From an uncultured Candidatus Poseidoniales archaeon (GTDB taxonomy: Archaea > Thermoplasmatota > Poseidoniia > Poseidoniales > Thalassarchaeaceae): DNA of 64,000 nt. The stretch lies in contig CAZXZO010000007.1 in assembly GCA_964645485.1 (NCBI GenBank), positions 12,609 through 76,608 of the forward strand, read 5' to 3'. A program made the position numbers and the translations under genes. Below, one piece after another: positions 47,395 through 57,813 of the stretch (position 1 is the first letter of the stretch; every line of letters starts with the position of its first letter). A model generated the notes under the pieces. It was given only the letters and a program-made list of their open reading frames with translations. It did no database searches and was not told the DNA's origin.

Positions 47395-48888
47395 ATGGGT
47401 GGCCAAGGTAAAGCGAAGCGGGGAATTCCTGCCAAGGCTGATTTTAATGCTTGGTACCCAGCAATTGTTGAAATCGCTGACCTAGTTGACAAGAGATATC
47501 CAATCAAAGGGATGGATGTTTGGCGCCCATATGGCTGGAAGGCAATGAAGTACATTGATGCATTGACTCATGCAGAGATGGAAAGAACTGGCCACGATGA
47601 AGTCAACTTTCCTCTTTTGATACCCGAAGACCTTCTAGAAAAAGAAAATCAACTAGTAGCCCGTTTACAAGCAGCACGTGAGGCAGGAGTTGATGTCAGT
47701 GAACTTAGGTTTGATGAGGAAGTAGAAGGATTTAGCAAAGAAGTCTATTGGGTAAAACATGCAGGAGAGACTGAATTAGATGTTCCAATGTTCCTACGGC
47801 CTACTTCGGAGACAGCAATGTACACTTTGTTCCCGTTATGGATAAGGAGTCACTCCGACTTACCATTGAAGACTTACCAAATTGTCAATACTTTCCGTTA
47901 TGAGACAAAACAAACTCGAACGTTTATCAGAGTTAGAGAGATACACTTTTTTGAAGCACACACTGCTCACAAGGATGAGGATGATGCATCTGCTCAAATT
48001 CAAGAGGACCTTGAGATTGTAGACAATATAATGTCAGACCTATGTCTTCCTGTAATCATTTCCAAACGCCCTGTGTGGGATACTTTCCCAGGGGCGTGGT
48101 ACACAATTGCAATCGACGTGATAATGCCAAATGGACGAACTCTTCAGGTAGCTTCTTGCCATCATTACCGAGACCAGTGGGCTGAGGCTTTTGGTATGAC
48201 ATACGAAGATGTGGATGGAACACACAAAAATTGTCACCAGACAACTTACGGAATGTCTGAAAGATTGTTAGGAGCGGTTGTTGGCACTCATGGTGATGAT
48301 AACGGCTTAATTTTCCCCCCAAAATCTGCGCCTATTCATGTTGTTATGATTCCAGTTGCCGCACATAAAAGTGAGGCGGTTATGGAAACTGTGAATTCTA
48401 TCACTAGCCAACTAAAATCTGCAGGGTTACGTGTGCATATTGATGACCGCGATAAAAGAGCAGGCAAGAAATTCTATGACTGGGAAATTAAGGGCGTTCC
48501 ACTTAGACTAGAGATAGGGCCTAGGGATGTCGAAAATGGTACAGCATTTGCTGCTAGAAGAACTGGTGGCAAGCAACCAATCAAAATTGATGATATTGTC
48601 GAAGAAGTTTCTAATGAATTGGACGCAATAGAATCTGAATTAGAATTAAGGACATCCTCAATCATGGATGAAATGGTTGTAAGTTTGATATCTCTAGAGG
48701 CTGACATAGAAGAAGGCATAGTCTACGAAATTGCATTTGATGGAAGTGATGCAGATGCAGAAATTCTTGAAAAATCGACTGGATTAACAATCCTCGGCGA
48801 ATGTATGACTCCTTATGAGGATGAAAGACCATGCATTGTCACTGGCAAAATGACAACTAAGAGAAATCATCTGGCACGAATGTACTGA
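47395..48888 (+). CDS. proS: Proline--tRNA ligase (archaeal/eukaryal type)
   Basis: FNAWY, LRPTSET, FRYETK.TR.FIRVREI.FFEAH, YGMSER, GVPLR.EIG and C-terminal ARMY. Confidence 0.97.
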   Translation: MGGQGKAKRGIPAKADFNAWYPAIVEIADLVDKRYPIKGMDVWRPYGWKAMKYIDALTHAEMERTGHDEVNFPLLIPEDLLEKENQLVARLQAAREAGVDVSELRFDEEVEGFSKEVYWVKHAGETELDVPMFLRPTSETAMYTLFPLWIRSHSDLPLKTYQIVNTFRYETKQTRTFIRVREIHFFEAHTAHKDEDDASAQIQEDLEIVDNIMSDLCLPVIISKRPVWDTFPGAWYTIAIDVIMPNGRTLQVASCHHYRDQWAEAFGMTYEDVDGTHKNCHQTTYGMSERLLGAVVGTHGDDNGLIFPPKSAPIHVVMIPVAAHKSEAVMETVNSITSQLKSAGLRVHIDDRDKRAGKKFYDWEIKGVPLRLEIGPRDVENGTAFAARRTGGKQPIKIDDIVEEVSNELDAIESELELRTSSIMDEMVVSLISLEADIEEGIVYEIAFDGSDADAEILEKSTGLTILGECMTPYEDERPCIVTGKMTTKRNHLARMY

Positions 48889-48908
48889 TTGATAATGGGA
48901 ATACTGTT

Positions 48909-49463
48909 CTACCTTTTCAAGTAGGTCCAGATTAATGCAATTATTCCAACCCCAATCACTGCAATATCAGGGATTCCAATACTTCCCTCAAAAAGCGGAG
49001 GAGACCAACCCCAACCATCGCTCAGGTTCCCCACACTAGCCCAATTCATTCGCGAATGACCATCTGCAGGGCAACCTCCACCTGTGCAATCATTTCCTAA
49101 AAAGGAAAATATGCCGAAAAGGTTTGCAACCCCAGCCGCTAAAATTGTTGAACCTAATGCTAAGCCAGCCTTACTCATCCCCTGAGGTTCTGGGTCGACA
49201 GGTGGGGTGGTGGGAGCCTCAAATGGTTTGATGTCGGATTCAAAAGGAGGAATCACCTCTATCATTAAATCAGCATCATCGTCCTCTGCAAGACTCTCAG
49301 AAAGTGCACGTTTTGATTCGCCTCTGGATAAGCCCATTTTTTCTAAGAATTCCTCACCGTAAATTCTCTCTGCTAATTTTGCAAGAATTGGGTCTTCCTC
49401 CAATGCTTCGGGGCCTAAATCGCCATCTAGCAACTTCTTCAATTTATCAGAATCGTTGCTCAT
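48909..49463 (-). CDS. Uncharacterised two-TM protein with acidic N-terminal region
   Basis: Acidic/Pro-rich N-half; TM, a CTGGGC loop, TM. Confidence 0.65.
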   Translation of the reverse strand: MSNDSDKLKKLLDGDLGPEALEEDPILAKLAERIYGEEFLEKMGLSRGESKRALSESLAEDDDADLMIEVIPPFESDIKPFEAPTTPPVDPEPQGMSKAGLALGSTILAAGVANLFGIFSFLGNDCTGGGCPADGHSRMNWASVGNLSDGWGWSPPLFEGSIGIPDIAVIGVGIIALIWTYLKR

Positions 49464-49538
49464 GGTTAATGCTCCTACCCTTGTGGAAATGCTATGTGTT
49501 CATCAAAGCATTGATTGAACGGTTAATCAAATAACTAG

Positions 49539-50474
49539 TTACTTACGTTGCATTACTCGCTGTGCTGCAGCAACAATATGGCTCGCACCCATCGAATATT
49601 CTTCCAATAATTCGTCCCCATCACCAGATTGTCCGAAGTGGTCAGATACACCAATTCTTTCTAATGGGCTGGGGCATTTTTCCGATAAATGTTCAGCTAC
49701 TGCTCCACCAAGGCCACCAATAACAGAATGGTCTTCAGCAGTGACAAAGCAACCACATTTCTCAGCGAGTTGTGAGATTAGTTTCCCATCAAGTGGTTTT
49801 ATTGTATGCATATCTACCACAGTTGCGTTTATTCCGTTTGCCTCAAGGTTTTGTGCTGCTTCAAGAGCCCTTGAAACCATCACACCACAAGCAATAATGG
49901 CTACATCATTGCCTTCAACTAGGATTGAACCTTTTCCAATTTTTAAATTCGAAGCAGCCTGTTCGTCATAAATAACCGGGGTTTTATTTCTCGCTGTACG
50001 GGTGTAGGATGGCGATTTAGTTTGTGCTAATTGAAGTGTTAATTGTTCTGTACTATTGAAATCACTTGGATGCATAACCACCATATTCGGAAGACTGCGA
50101 TAAATTGCCAAATCTTCTATAGATTGGGCGGAAGAACCATCAGTCCCAGTGTGAATTCCTCCGTGACTGCCACAGATATGGACGGGAATATTAGGTCTAG
50201 CAATGCCATTTCTGACTTGCTCAAAGGCCCTTTCTGTAAAAATAGCAAATGTTGATGCAAAGGGTTTGTATCCACTTGTTGCTAAGCCTGCTGATACTAA
50301 CATCATATTTTGTTCAGCAATACCTAGAGATATCGTTCGTTCAGGGAGCAATTTTCTAAAGTTTTGACTTTTAGTTGATTTGCCCAGATCAGCTTCAACA
50401 ACGATTACTTCTGGATCTGTTGCAAGTTTGACAAGAGCGGAGCCATATCCATCTCTAGATGCAACTAAACTCAT
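49539..50474 (-). CDS. Transketolase, C-terminal (pyrimidine-binding) subunit
   Basis: GIAEQNM, FA.F..RAFEQVR, TGTDGSSAQ and EDHS..GGLG. Confidence 0.95.
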   Translation of the reverse strand: MSLVASRDGYGSALVKLATDPEVIVVEADLGKSTKSQNFRKLLPERTISLGIAEQNMMLVSAGLATSGYKPFASTFAIFTERAFEQVRNGIARPNIPVHICGSHGGIHTGTDGSSAQSIEDLAIYRSLPNMVVMHPSDFNSTEQLTLQLAQTKSPSYTRTARNKTPVIYDEQAASNLKIGKGSILVEGNDVAIIACGVMVSRALEAAQNLEANGINATVVDMHTIKPLDGKLISQLAEKCGCFVTAEDHSVIGGLGGAVAEHLSEKCPSPLERIGVSDHFGQSGDGDELLEEYSMGASHIVAAAQRVMQRK

Positions 50475-51373
50475 TCTAATTCCTCCATAGCAACTCGAAG
50501 TTGGTCATCGTTGGGAGCGGCGCCATGGAATGATGGGTTATCTTCCATGAAAGAGACTCCTTTGCCTTTGATTGTATGTGCTACTACCACGGCTGGTCCG
50601 TCGGTTACCGAATCCATCCACTCTATTGCCTCAACAATTTCATTCATATTATGGCCATCACATTCGCGTACTGCCCATCCAAATCCTCCCCACTTAGCAG
50701 CAACATCAAACATTCTCATTTGTTTTTCACAAAAGTCATCATTTTGTATGCGATTTCTATCGACGAATACTTTGAGGTTCCCAACTTCGTGATGTACCGC
50801 TGCCATAGCAGCTTCCCAAACTTGTCCCTCTTGTAATTCTCCATCACCTAACATCACATACGAAGTTCGAGGTGAATCATCTAGGGTTGCTGCAAGAGCG
50901 GTACCTAGACCAAAGGAAAGACCCATGCCTAAACTACCCGCAGAGAAGTCAACTCCTGGAGTCCATTTCATATCGACATGACCTTGGCAAACCCCACCCA
51001 TAACCCGGTAGGTTGACAAATCTTCTTCGGAAAGAAATCCCATTTCATGTAAAATAGCGTAAACTGCTGGCGATGCATGCCCTTTACTCATGATGAATCG
51101 GTCTCTCTCAGGGTCATCAGGGTTAGATGAATCAACATTCAATCTAGTTTTGTATAGAGCAACAAGTATGTCAATAGCGGAGAGTGAACCCCCTGGATGG
51201 CCAGCATTAGCCCGGTGAACCATTTGTACTATGTTTCTACGACATTTTTTAGCAGTGTCGAGAAGTTCGTCAATAGACGAATAATCTTCTGACATCTCGT
51301 TTTCTGGACTCATCACAGTTGTTCCCCATCGGGGTTGCATTTCTGTAAGCCTTTGATGGTTTCTAATCAACAA
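50471..51373 (-). CDS. Transketolase, N-terminal (TPP-binding) subunit
   Basis: GHPGGSLS, DRFIMSKGHA, GSLGMGLS and GDGELQEG..WEA. True start probably 51313 or 51295. Confidence 0.95.
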   Translation of the reverse strand: MLIRNHQRLTEMQPRWGTTVMSPENEMSEDYSSIDELLDTAKKCRRNIVQMVHRANAGHPGGSLSAIDILVALYKTRLNVDSSNPDDPERDRFIMSKGHASPAVYAILHEMGFLSEEDLSTYRVMGGVCQGHVDMKWTPGVDFSAGSLGMGLSFGLGTALAATLDDSPRTSYVMLGDGELQEGQVWEAAMAAVHHEVGNLKVFVDRNRIQNDDFCEKQMRMFDVAAKWGGFGWAVRECDGHNMNEIVEAIEWMDSVTDGPAVVVAHTIKGKGVSFMEDNPSFHGAAPNDDQLRVAMEELE

Positions 51374-51386
51374 GGAAATTCAAGGG

Positions 51387-53474
51387 TTAAGGGACCTTCA
51401 CCTTGTCAATTACCCGACGAGCCCCATCTACTATCACAGAAGCCCAGTTAAACAGTAAGGAAAAAGGTCTCTTAGCAGGTGGAAGGCTTCTAGTTACTAA
51501 CCAAGTAAACACCCCAAAGAACCACAAAAAGAACACCGTTGAGAAGAAAGGCCCAAGAGTTCCTAGGAAGGGCAACCAATTATCTGGTCTAGGTAATGGT
51601 GAGAAGGATGATAGTACTATGAAAGCCGCAACGACAACACCCATCAAGGCTTCTCCTGCAATCAAACCAGCCGAAAGTAAAGTGCCTCTACTAACAAGTT
51701 CTTTTCCGGATTTGACTGCCTTTTCAGTTGGCTCTCCTGCAAGTGAATCGTCAACTCGTAGATGTGCAGTCCTCGTTACCAAGTGGTTGAGAACCCCACC
51801 CAAAAATATGGTTGCAGAGAGATAGAAAGGTAGGTACATTCCAATGGCAATTGACATTATTGGTAATGCTGGGCCATTTTTTCCTAGGTACCAGCGAGCA
51901 CCAATAATTAGTCCGGCAACTAAGATTCCTAATCCAAGCATTGGAGTGTTTACGGTTCCACCAAATATGCCTTCAATCAGCGTCCCAATAATTTCAGCCT
52001 GCGGTGCTTCCAAAACATTTGAACAACCCGTTACGGGATGTGGGTTCGCCGCACAATAGGTTGGTGTAATTCTAAAAGCCTCATTTAGAATAGTTAATGT
52101 CAAAGGAGCCACAATTGCACCAATAATTACTCCAATAAGTTCAGCAGTTTGTTGCTTCCAAGGTGTCGCTCCAACGAGATACCCTGTTTTCAAATCCTGC
52201 ATTACATCACCAGCTATCGCAGCATTTACAGCAACAATGGAGGCAATGATCAAAGTTGCATACATCAAGTCATCTTGTTCCATATCGAGGAATACTCCGC
52301 CGACAAGCCAAACAATGAGAGAAGTTGCCATCAAAGTAGCAATTGTCATTCCTGAAACAGGTGAATTTGAAGAACCAACTACTCCAGCGATATACCCAGC
52401 GACTGCAGAAAAGAAGAATGCAGTAATAGCCAAAAATATACCACCAACAATTGCTAATATTAGGGAACCGGTTTTCCACCAGTAGAAAAGAAAAGTCAGT
52501 ATTGCAATTACAGCTAGGCCAATGAATGCCCTGTTCATTGGGATATCCTGCTCCGTTCTAATTGTTGATATTTCAGAATCAGTTAGGCCTGAACCAAGTG
52601 CCTTCTTTAGGCCACTTGCAATCGTTTTTCTCATGTCAATAAGTGTCCAAAGCCCTCCAACAACCATACAACCCACACCGACAAATCGAATGTGAGTTGA
52701 CCAGAGAGTTTTGAACCCATGCGCCAAATCAGCGTCTACTGGCCAACCATAAGTCATACCAAAAATGGGGGTAAGAATAAACACACCTAAAACCGCACCA
52801 AAAAAGATGTATGAGGCAATGTTGAGTCCAACAATCCATCCAACTGCAACTAACGACAATGAATAATCTAGGGCTGAGTATAATCTTACACCAACTACTT
52901 CCACTGCCACTTCAATTTTAGGTTGAGTCAATTTGAACCCTTTTACCATCCAGCCATAAAGTGCGCCTAAACCTAATGCATATAGGATTACGATAAGATG
53001 AGAACCTCCCTTTTCACCTGCTACCAAAACTTCCTCACAAGCGATGCCTTCTGGATAGAGTAGGGCTTCCTCAACAATAAACACTCTTCGCAAGGTAATT
53101 GTGAAAATTGTTCCAAGAATACCACCTAGAATTGCTACAATAAATGTAGTGAGTGTATCCATTTCTCTACCCATTACGAGGAGAGCAGGCATAGTGAAGA
53201 TGACACCGGCTGCTAGACTTTCACCGGCAGAAGTCATTGTCTGCACGACATTATTTTCTAGAATGCTTACCTCCTTGAATCGCAACATTCGGAGGAGTAG
53301 CATTGACATAACTGCGGCTGGAATTGATGCAGATACAGTCATTCCAATATAGAGTCCAAGATATGTATTCGCCGCAGTCATCAGTGCGCCTAAGACTAGA
53401 CCTAGCAGAAGTGCTCTAACTGTCAATTCTGGGAGAGATTCAGACGCAGGTACGTATGGTTGGAACTCGCCCAT
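51387..53474 (-). CDS. OPT-family oligopeptide transporter
   Basis: ELTVRA, GMTVSASIPAAV, ENN.VQT, YPEG.AC, SPVSGM, MQDLKTG.LVGATP and APQA. Confidence 0.93.
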   Translation of the reverse strand: MGEFQPYVPASESLPELTVRALLLGLVLGALMTAANTYLGLYIGMTVSASIPAAVMSMLLLRMLRFKEVSILENNVVQTMTSAGESLAAGVIFTMPALLVMGREMDTLTTFIVAILGGILGTIFTITLRRVFIVEEALLYPEGIACEEVLVAGEKGGSHLIVILYALGLGALYGWMVKGFKLTQPKIEVAVEVVGVRLYSALDYSLSLVAVGWIVGLNIASYIFFGAVLGVFILTPIFGMTYGWPVDADLAHGFKTLWSTHIRFVGVGCMVVGGLWTLIDMRKTIASGLKKALGSGLTDSEISTIRTEQDIPMNRAFIGLAVIAILTFLFYWWKTGSLILAIVGGIFLAITAFFFSAVAGYIAGVVGSSNSPVSGMTIATLMATSLIVWLVGGVFLDMEQDDLMYATLIIASIVAVNAAIAGDVMQDLKTGYLVGATPWKQQTAELIGVIIGAIVAPLTLTILNEAFRITPTYCAANPHPVTGCSNVLEAPQAEIIGTLIEGIFGGTVNTPMLGLGILVAGLIIGARWYLGKNGPALPIMSIAIGMYLPFYLSATIFLGGVLNHLVTRTAHLRVDDSLAGEPTEKAVKSGKELVSRGTLLSAGLIAGEALMGVVVAAFIVLSSFSPLPRPDNWLPFLGTLGPFFSTVFFLWFFGVFTWLVTRSLPPAKRPFSLLFNWASVIVDGARRVIDKVKVP

Positions 53475-53591
53475 GTACTTCGCAGGGCGATTAGTTAGTC
53501 AATGCTACGGATAAAACTGTTATGTTTGAGGATGGGAAATTGACCCGCGTCTACAAATAGGATTCCCAATGTGCTCCCGAAGGGGGAGCGG

Positions 53592-56513
53592 ATGCCATCT
53601 CAAAATCCACATACAGAAACCAAGAGTGACTCACCAGAGCCACTTTGGCATTCGATACCATTGGAAGATGTCTTTTCGAAATTAGGCACATCCAACGATG
53701 GCCTTTCAACAGAGGATGTTATTCGGCGTCGTTTAACTCATGGAGAAAACAAATTAGAAGGCAAAAAGCCACGACATCCGCTTCTGAAAATGATTGACCA
53801 TTTTAGAGACCCGATGGTATATTTGTTGTTATTCGCTGCCATTATTGCATTTATTGCAGATAGAGAAGACTTAGGGACTCCAATTTTCATTTGTATTGCT
53901 TTAACATTAAATGCAGTATTATCGTATATTCAGGAGGCTAAAGCAGAGAAAGCAATGGATTCTCTAAAAAAGATGCTCGTCTGTCATTGTATTGTTCTTA
54001 GAGATGGTATGGAACATAGGTTATCGATTGAGGAAGTAGTGCCTGGAGATATCGTTTGGTTAGAAGACGGGCTAAATGTACCGGCTGATATTAGATTACT
54101 AGAAGTGAACCAACTATCAATCAATGAATCATCCTTAACGGGTGAGTCAGATGTTGTCTACAAAGAGATAGAACCTAGTGAAGATGATGCAATTCTCCAA
54201 GAAATGTCAAACATGGCGTTCATGGGCACAGTTGTCTCCTCTGGTCGTGGATTAGGAGTTGTAGTAAAAACAGGGATGAGTACTAGGGTTGGTGACATTG
54301 CAACTGGAATTAGTGAGGTTGAATCACCAAAAACCCCTCTTGAAATCAAATTAGGCTCTTTAGGCAGATATCTTGCTTTCATCGCAATAATTTCTGCCTT
54401 TGCCATAGTTGGATTCACAATAACACTCGCAATCATAAACGGAGTTACTGGGTCTGAGTTGAAGGATATAATCGCTGAACAATTCATCATTGCTGTGGTT
54501 ATATTTGTGGCAATCGTTCCAGAAGGTTTACCCATTATCTTGGTTATTACCTTAGCCATCGGCATGCAAAATATGTCTTCGAGGAACGCAATCGTATCGC
54601 GGATGAAAGTGGTTGAAACATTAGGTTCTGCAACTATTATTTGCACAGATAAAACTGGCACCCTAACAAGAAATGAAATGTCTGTACGGTCATTTTATTG
54701 TGGTGATGATTTGTACTCAGTGTCTGGTTCTGGATTTGACCCTACTTATGGCAAATTAAGACTAGGCGGAGAGGATATTAGTGAACAAGATTTTGCTGAA
54801 TTGAAAGTTCAAAAGGGATTCAAATTAGCAATGGCCTGCTCCTTACTTTGTCAGAATAGTAATGTAAGAAAGATTGACAATGAATGGAGAGGAATTGGAA
54901 ACCCAACCGACATCGCATCAGCGGTGTTTGGGTGGAAGATGACAGAATCAGTTGACACATTCCGAAGAAATCATCCTAGGTTTAGAGAATATACTTTTGA
55001 TAGAGAAAGAAAAAGAATGACCACTATTCATGAGTATGAAGGAGAAAGATGGGTATTTTCCAAGGGTGCTATAGGGCCTTATCTCTCAAGGATTAGTCAT
55101 GTTGTAGAAAAAGGACATGTAATCCCAATTGCTGACAAACACAGGGACAAAATCGGTGCAGTCAACCTAGAGATGGCAACCCAAGCGCTCAGAGTAATCG
55201 CACTGACTGCTAGACCATTAAGCGGTGAAGAAGATAAGGAAGATATCGAATCGGTGGAATCTGGTTTGATTTTCTTGGGGTTAATCGGAATCATGGACCC
55301 ACCAAGAAAGGAAGTTGCCAGTGCGATTTCAATGTGTGATGCAGCCGGGGTTAGAGTGATGATGATTACTGGTGACCAACAAATGACTGCTATGGCAATT
55401 GGAGATGAGATCGGTATCATCAAGGAGGATTCAGAATTCCTAACAGGAAAACAATTGCAGGAATTAACTGATGAAGAATTAGATTCAAAACTTGAAAAAG
55501 TTGCTATGTTCTCAAGAGTTACACCAGACCAGAAGTTAAGGATTGTAACTAGACTACAATCAATCGGACATGTTGTTGCAATGACTGGTGATGGGGATAA
55601 CGATGCACCAGCATTATCGCGCGCGAATATAGGAATCGCCATGGGAATTGCCGGTACAGATGTGGCAAGAGATGCTGCCGATATGGTGTTGAAGGATGAT
55701 AATTTTTCATCCATTGTAGGTTCAATTGAGGAAGGAAGAAAAATTTACTTGAATATTCGTAATTTCGTTAGATATCAAATATCTACAAATGTGGCAGCAG
55801 TTTTACTGATTATTATTGCAACCTTTATTTTAGGTTGGAATTTACCGATGACAGCAACACAACTATTGGTCATAAATATCCTAATGGATGGGCCACCTGC
55901 CCTAGCACTAGGAATAGAAAAACGACATGGAGATGTGATGAACGAAGCACCGCGCGCCCTAACTGAACCCTTACCTAATGTGATGGATAAACGGATAATT
56001 GGTTTCCTTGGGATTGTGATGGTTATGGGCACCCTTGCCATTTTTTCACTTGCGGGTGGAGGGCTAATCACTGGAGAGGCTTGTCAAGGGCTCGATATTG
56101 CAACCTCGCCAGAATTCTTCACTGAGAATGGAGAGTGTGATTTAGAGAAGTGGGATAATTATGCTCAAGAGAAATTTGAGTATGCTCGTACCATGGCATT
56201 TGCCGCATTTATTATGTTTCAACTCTTCAATGTTGTAAATAGCCGAAGTATTGACAAATCTGCATTTGAACTTGGCATATTCCAAAATATGTTCATCAGT
56301 GCTTCATTTGCTATCAGCCTAGTTTTACTTGTGGTGATAGTTCAAGGTTCGGCTGTATTAGTACCAATAATAGGGATTACTGTAGGCAGTTTCTTGTCAA
56401 CAATTCCGTTGGAATTTACAGATTGGGCAGTAGTTTTCTTGATTGCATCTTCTGTATTTTGGATAGAAGAATTTAGAAAATTTATCTTCAAATTTAGACG
56501 AACGAAAAATTGA
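53592..56513 (+). CDS. P-type ATPase, type IIA (Ca2+/Mn2+)
   Basis: LTGES, PEGL, CTDKTGTLT, KGA, DPPR, MITGD and MTGDG.NDAPAL. ATG at 53592 follows GGGGAG. Confidence 0.93.
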   Translation: MPSQNPHTETKSDSPEPLWHSIPLEDVFSKLGTSNDGLSTEDVIRRRLTHGENKLEGKKPRHPLLKMIDHFRDPMVYLLLFAAIIAFIADREDLGTPIFICIALTLNAVLSYIQEAKAEKAMDSLKKMLVCHCIVLRDGMEHRLSIEEVVPGDIVWLEDGLNVPADIRLLEVNQLSINESSLTGESDVVYKEIEPSEDDAILQEMSNMAFMGTVVSSGRGLGVVVKTGMSTRVGDIATGISEVESPKTPLEIKLGSLGRYLAFIAIISAFAIVGFTITLAIINGVTGSELKDIIAEQFIIAVVIFVAIVPEGLPIILVITLAIGMQNMSSRNAIVSRMKVVETLGSATIICTDKTGTLTRNEMSVRSFYCGDDLYSVSGSGFDPTYGKLRLGGEDISEQDFAELKVQKGFKLAMACSLLCQNSNVRKIDNEWRGIGNPTDIASAVFGWKMTESVDTFRRNHPRFREYTFDRERKRMTTIHEYEGERWVFSKGAIGPYLSRISHVVEKGHVIPIADKHRDKIGAVNLEMATQALRVIALTARPLSGEEDKEDIESVESGLIFLGLIGIMDPPRKEVASAISMCDAAGVRVMMITGDQQMTAMAIGDEIGIIKEDSEFLTGKQLQELTDEELDSKLEKVAMFSRVTPDQKLRIVTRLQSIGHVVAMTGDGDNDAPALSRANIGIAMGIAGTDVARDAADMVLKDDNFSSIVGSIEEGRKIYLNIRNFVRYQISTNVAAVLLIIIATFILGWNLPMTATQLLVINILMDGPPALALGIEKRHGDVMNEAPRALTEPLPNVMDKRIIGFLGIVMVMGTLAIFSLAGGGLITGEACQGLDIATSPEFFTENGECDLEKWDNYAQEKFEYARTMAFAAFIMFQLFNVVNSRSIDKSAFELGIFQNMFISASFAISLVLLVVIVQGSAVLVPIIGITVGSFLSTIPLEFTDWAVVFLIASSVFWIEEFRKFIFKFRRTKN

Positions 56514-56546
56514 ACATAGTGGCTGACACCCATTAAAGCAGGTGAC

Positions 56547-57797
56547 TTGTGCGCTGACCTGAGAGAGACGGATATGACATCACCATTTCATTGGCGTACA
56601 ACCTTCGAAATCCCTTCACAGAAGGCTATTGGTGAGAACATCAAAGGGATTGGATTGGAATCATTTAAGACATTGAATCCAAAGATTATGGCTACCTTGA
56701 ATAAAGTATTATTGGGACAAAGACTCACTGTGGATGAAGGGGTTCATTTGCATGATAATTGTGACCTTCCCATTCTTTCCCAAGTAGCGAACATCTTGAA
56801 AGAGAGAAGATATGGAAAAGCTGTTTTTTACAATCGTAATTTACATGTGAATCAAACAAATGTCTGTGTCTTGGCTTGCAAATTTTGTGCCTTTAGAAGA
56901 GGGAAAAATGCCTCGGACGCATATTCCCTTTCAGTTCAAGAATACCTAGATAGAATCAACCCATTTTCAGAAATTATTACTGAGGTTCATTCAGTAGGTG
57001 GATTACACCCCGAATGGGATATAGAGTACTATGAAGGATTATTTCAAGCCTTTACCAATGAGTATCCCAATATTAGTTTGAAGGCTTTGACAGCCGTGGA
57101 AATAAAACACCTAGCAGAAATTTCTAATCTATCCATATCAGAGACAATTACTCGCTTGCATAATTCAGGATTAAGTTCAATTCCTGGGGGTGGGGCTGAA
57201 ATTCTAGTTGATGAAATCAGAGATGAAATTTGCAGAGGGAAAGAATCCTCAGAAGAGTATATAGAAATCCATAAAACGGCACATGAACTCAATATCCCCA
57301 CTAATTGTACTATGCTTTTTGGGACTGTTGAGACGACTCGCCACAGAATGATTCACCTTGATAAATTGCGGGAATTACAAGATGAGACAAAGGGATTCCA
57401 ATGTTTTGTTCCCTATCCTTATTTACCGGATTCTTCAAGATTACCAGAGGCTCAGTTAGCAACCTCTAATGAAATTTTGAGAATGATAGCGATGTCTAGA
57501 ATTATGTTAGACAACATTCCCCACATCAAGGCTTATCGAATGAATATTGGAGACCATGTTTCTGCATTAGCATTACTTAGTGGGGCCGACGATATTGATG
57601 GAACAGTTAGCCATGAAGAAATAATGCATCTTGCAGGTTCAAACACACCACTGGATAAAATGGATATAGACTTAGCAACATTAGTTGAATCGGTGGGCGG
57701 AATACCAATTGAGAGAAATACTGACTATACCAAATTTAGAAATTTTAAGAGACAAGATCCACCAGATAATCAAGGTTTACCAATGATTTCTATCTAG
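56547..57797 (+). CDS. mqnE: Aminofutalosine synthase (radical SAM)
   Basis: HVNQTNVCVLACKFCAF, SIPGGGAEI, TNCTMLFG and PHIKAY (MqnE-like rather than MqnC). Start may be ATG 56574. Confidence 0.82.
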   Translation: MCADLRETDMTSPFHWRTTFEIPSQKAIGENIKGIGLESFKTLNPKIMATLNKVLLGQRLTVDEGVHLHDNCDLPILSQVANILKERRYGKAVFYNRNLHVNQTNVCVLACKFCAFRRGKNASDAYSLSVQEYLDRINPFSEIITEVHSVGGLHPEWDIEYYEGLFQAFTNEYPNISLKALTAVEIKHLAEISNLSISETITRLHNSGLSSIPGGGAEILVDEIRDEICRGKESSEEYIEIHKTAHELNIPTNCTMLFGTVETTRHRMIHLDKLRELQDETKGFQCFVPYPYLPDSSRLPEAQLATSNEILRMIAMSRIMLDNIPHIKAYRMNIGDHVSALALLSGADDIDGTVSHEEIMHLAGSNTPLDKMDIDLATLVESVGGIPIERNTDYTKFRNFKRQDPPDNQGLPMISI

Positions 57798-57813
57798 ATA
57801 GGGAGGAATTAGT

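Noticed and set aside
49539-51373. Transketolase in two ORFs as a frameshift or pseudogene
   Set aside because: Split N- and C-subunit transketolases are common in archaea; both halves have intact motifs and overlap by 4 nt.
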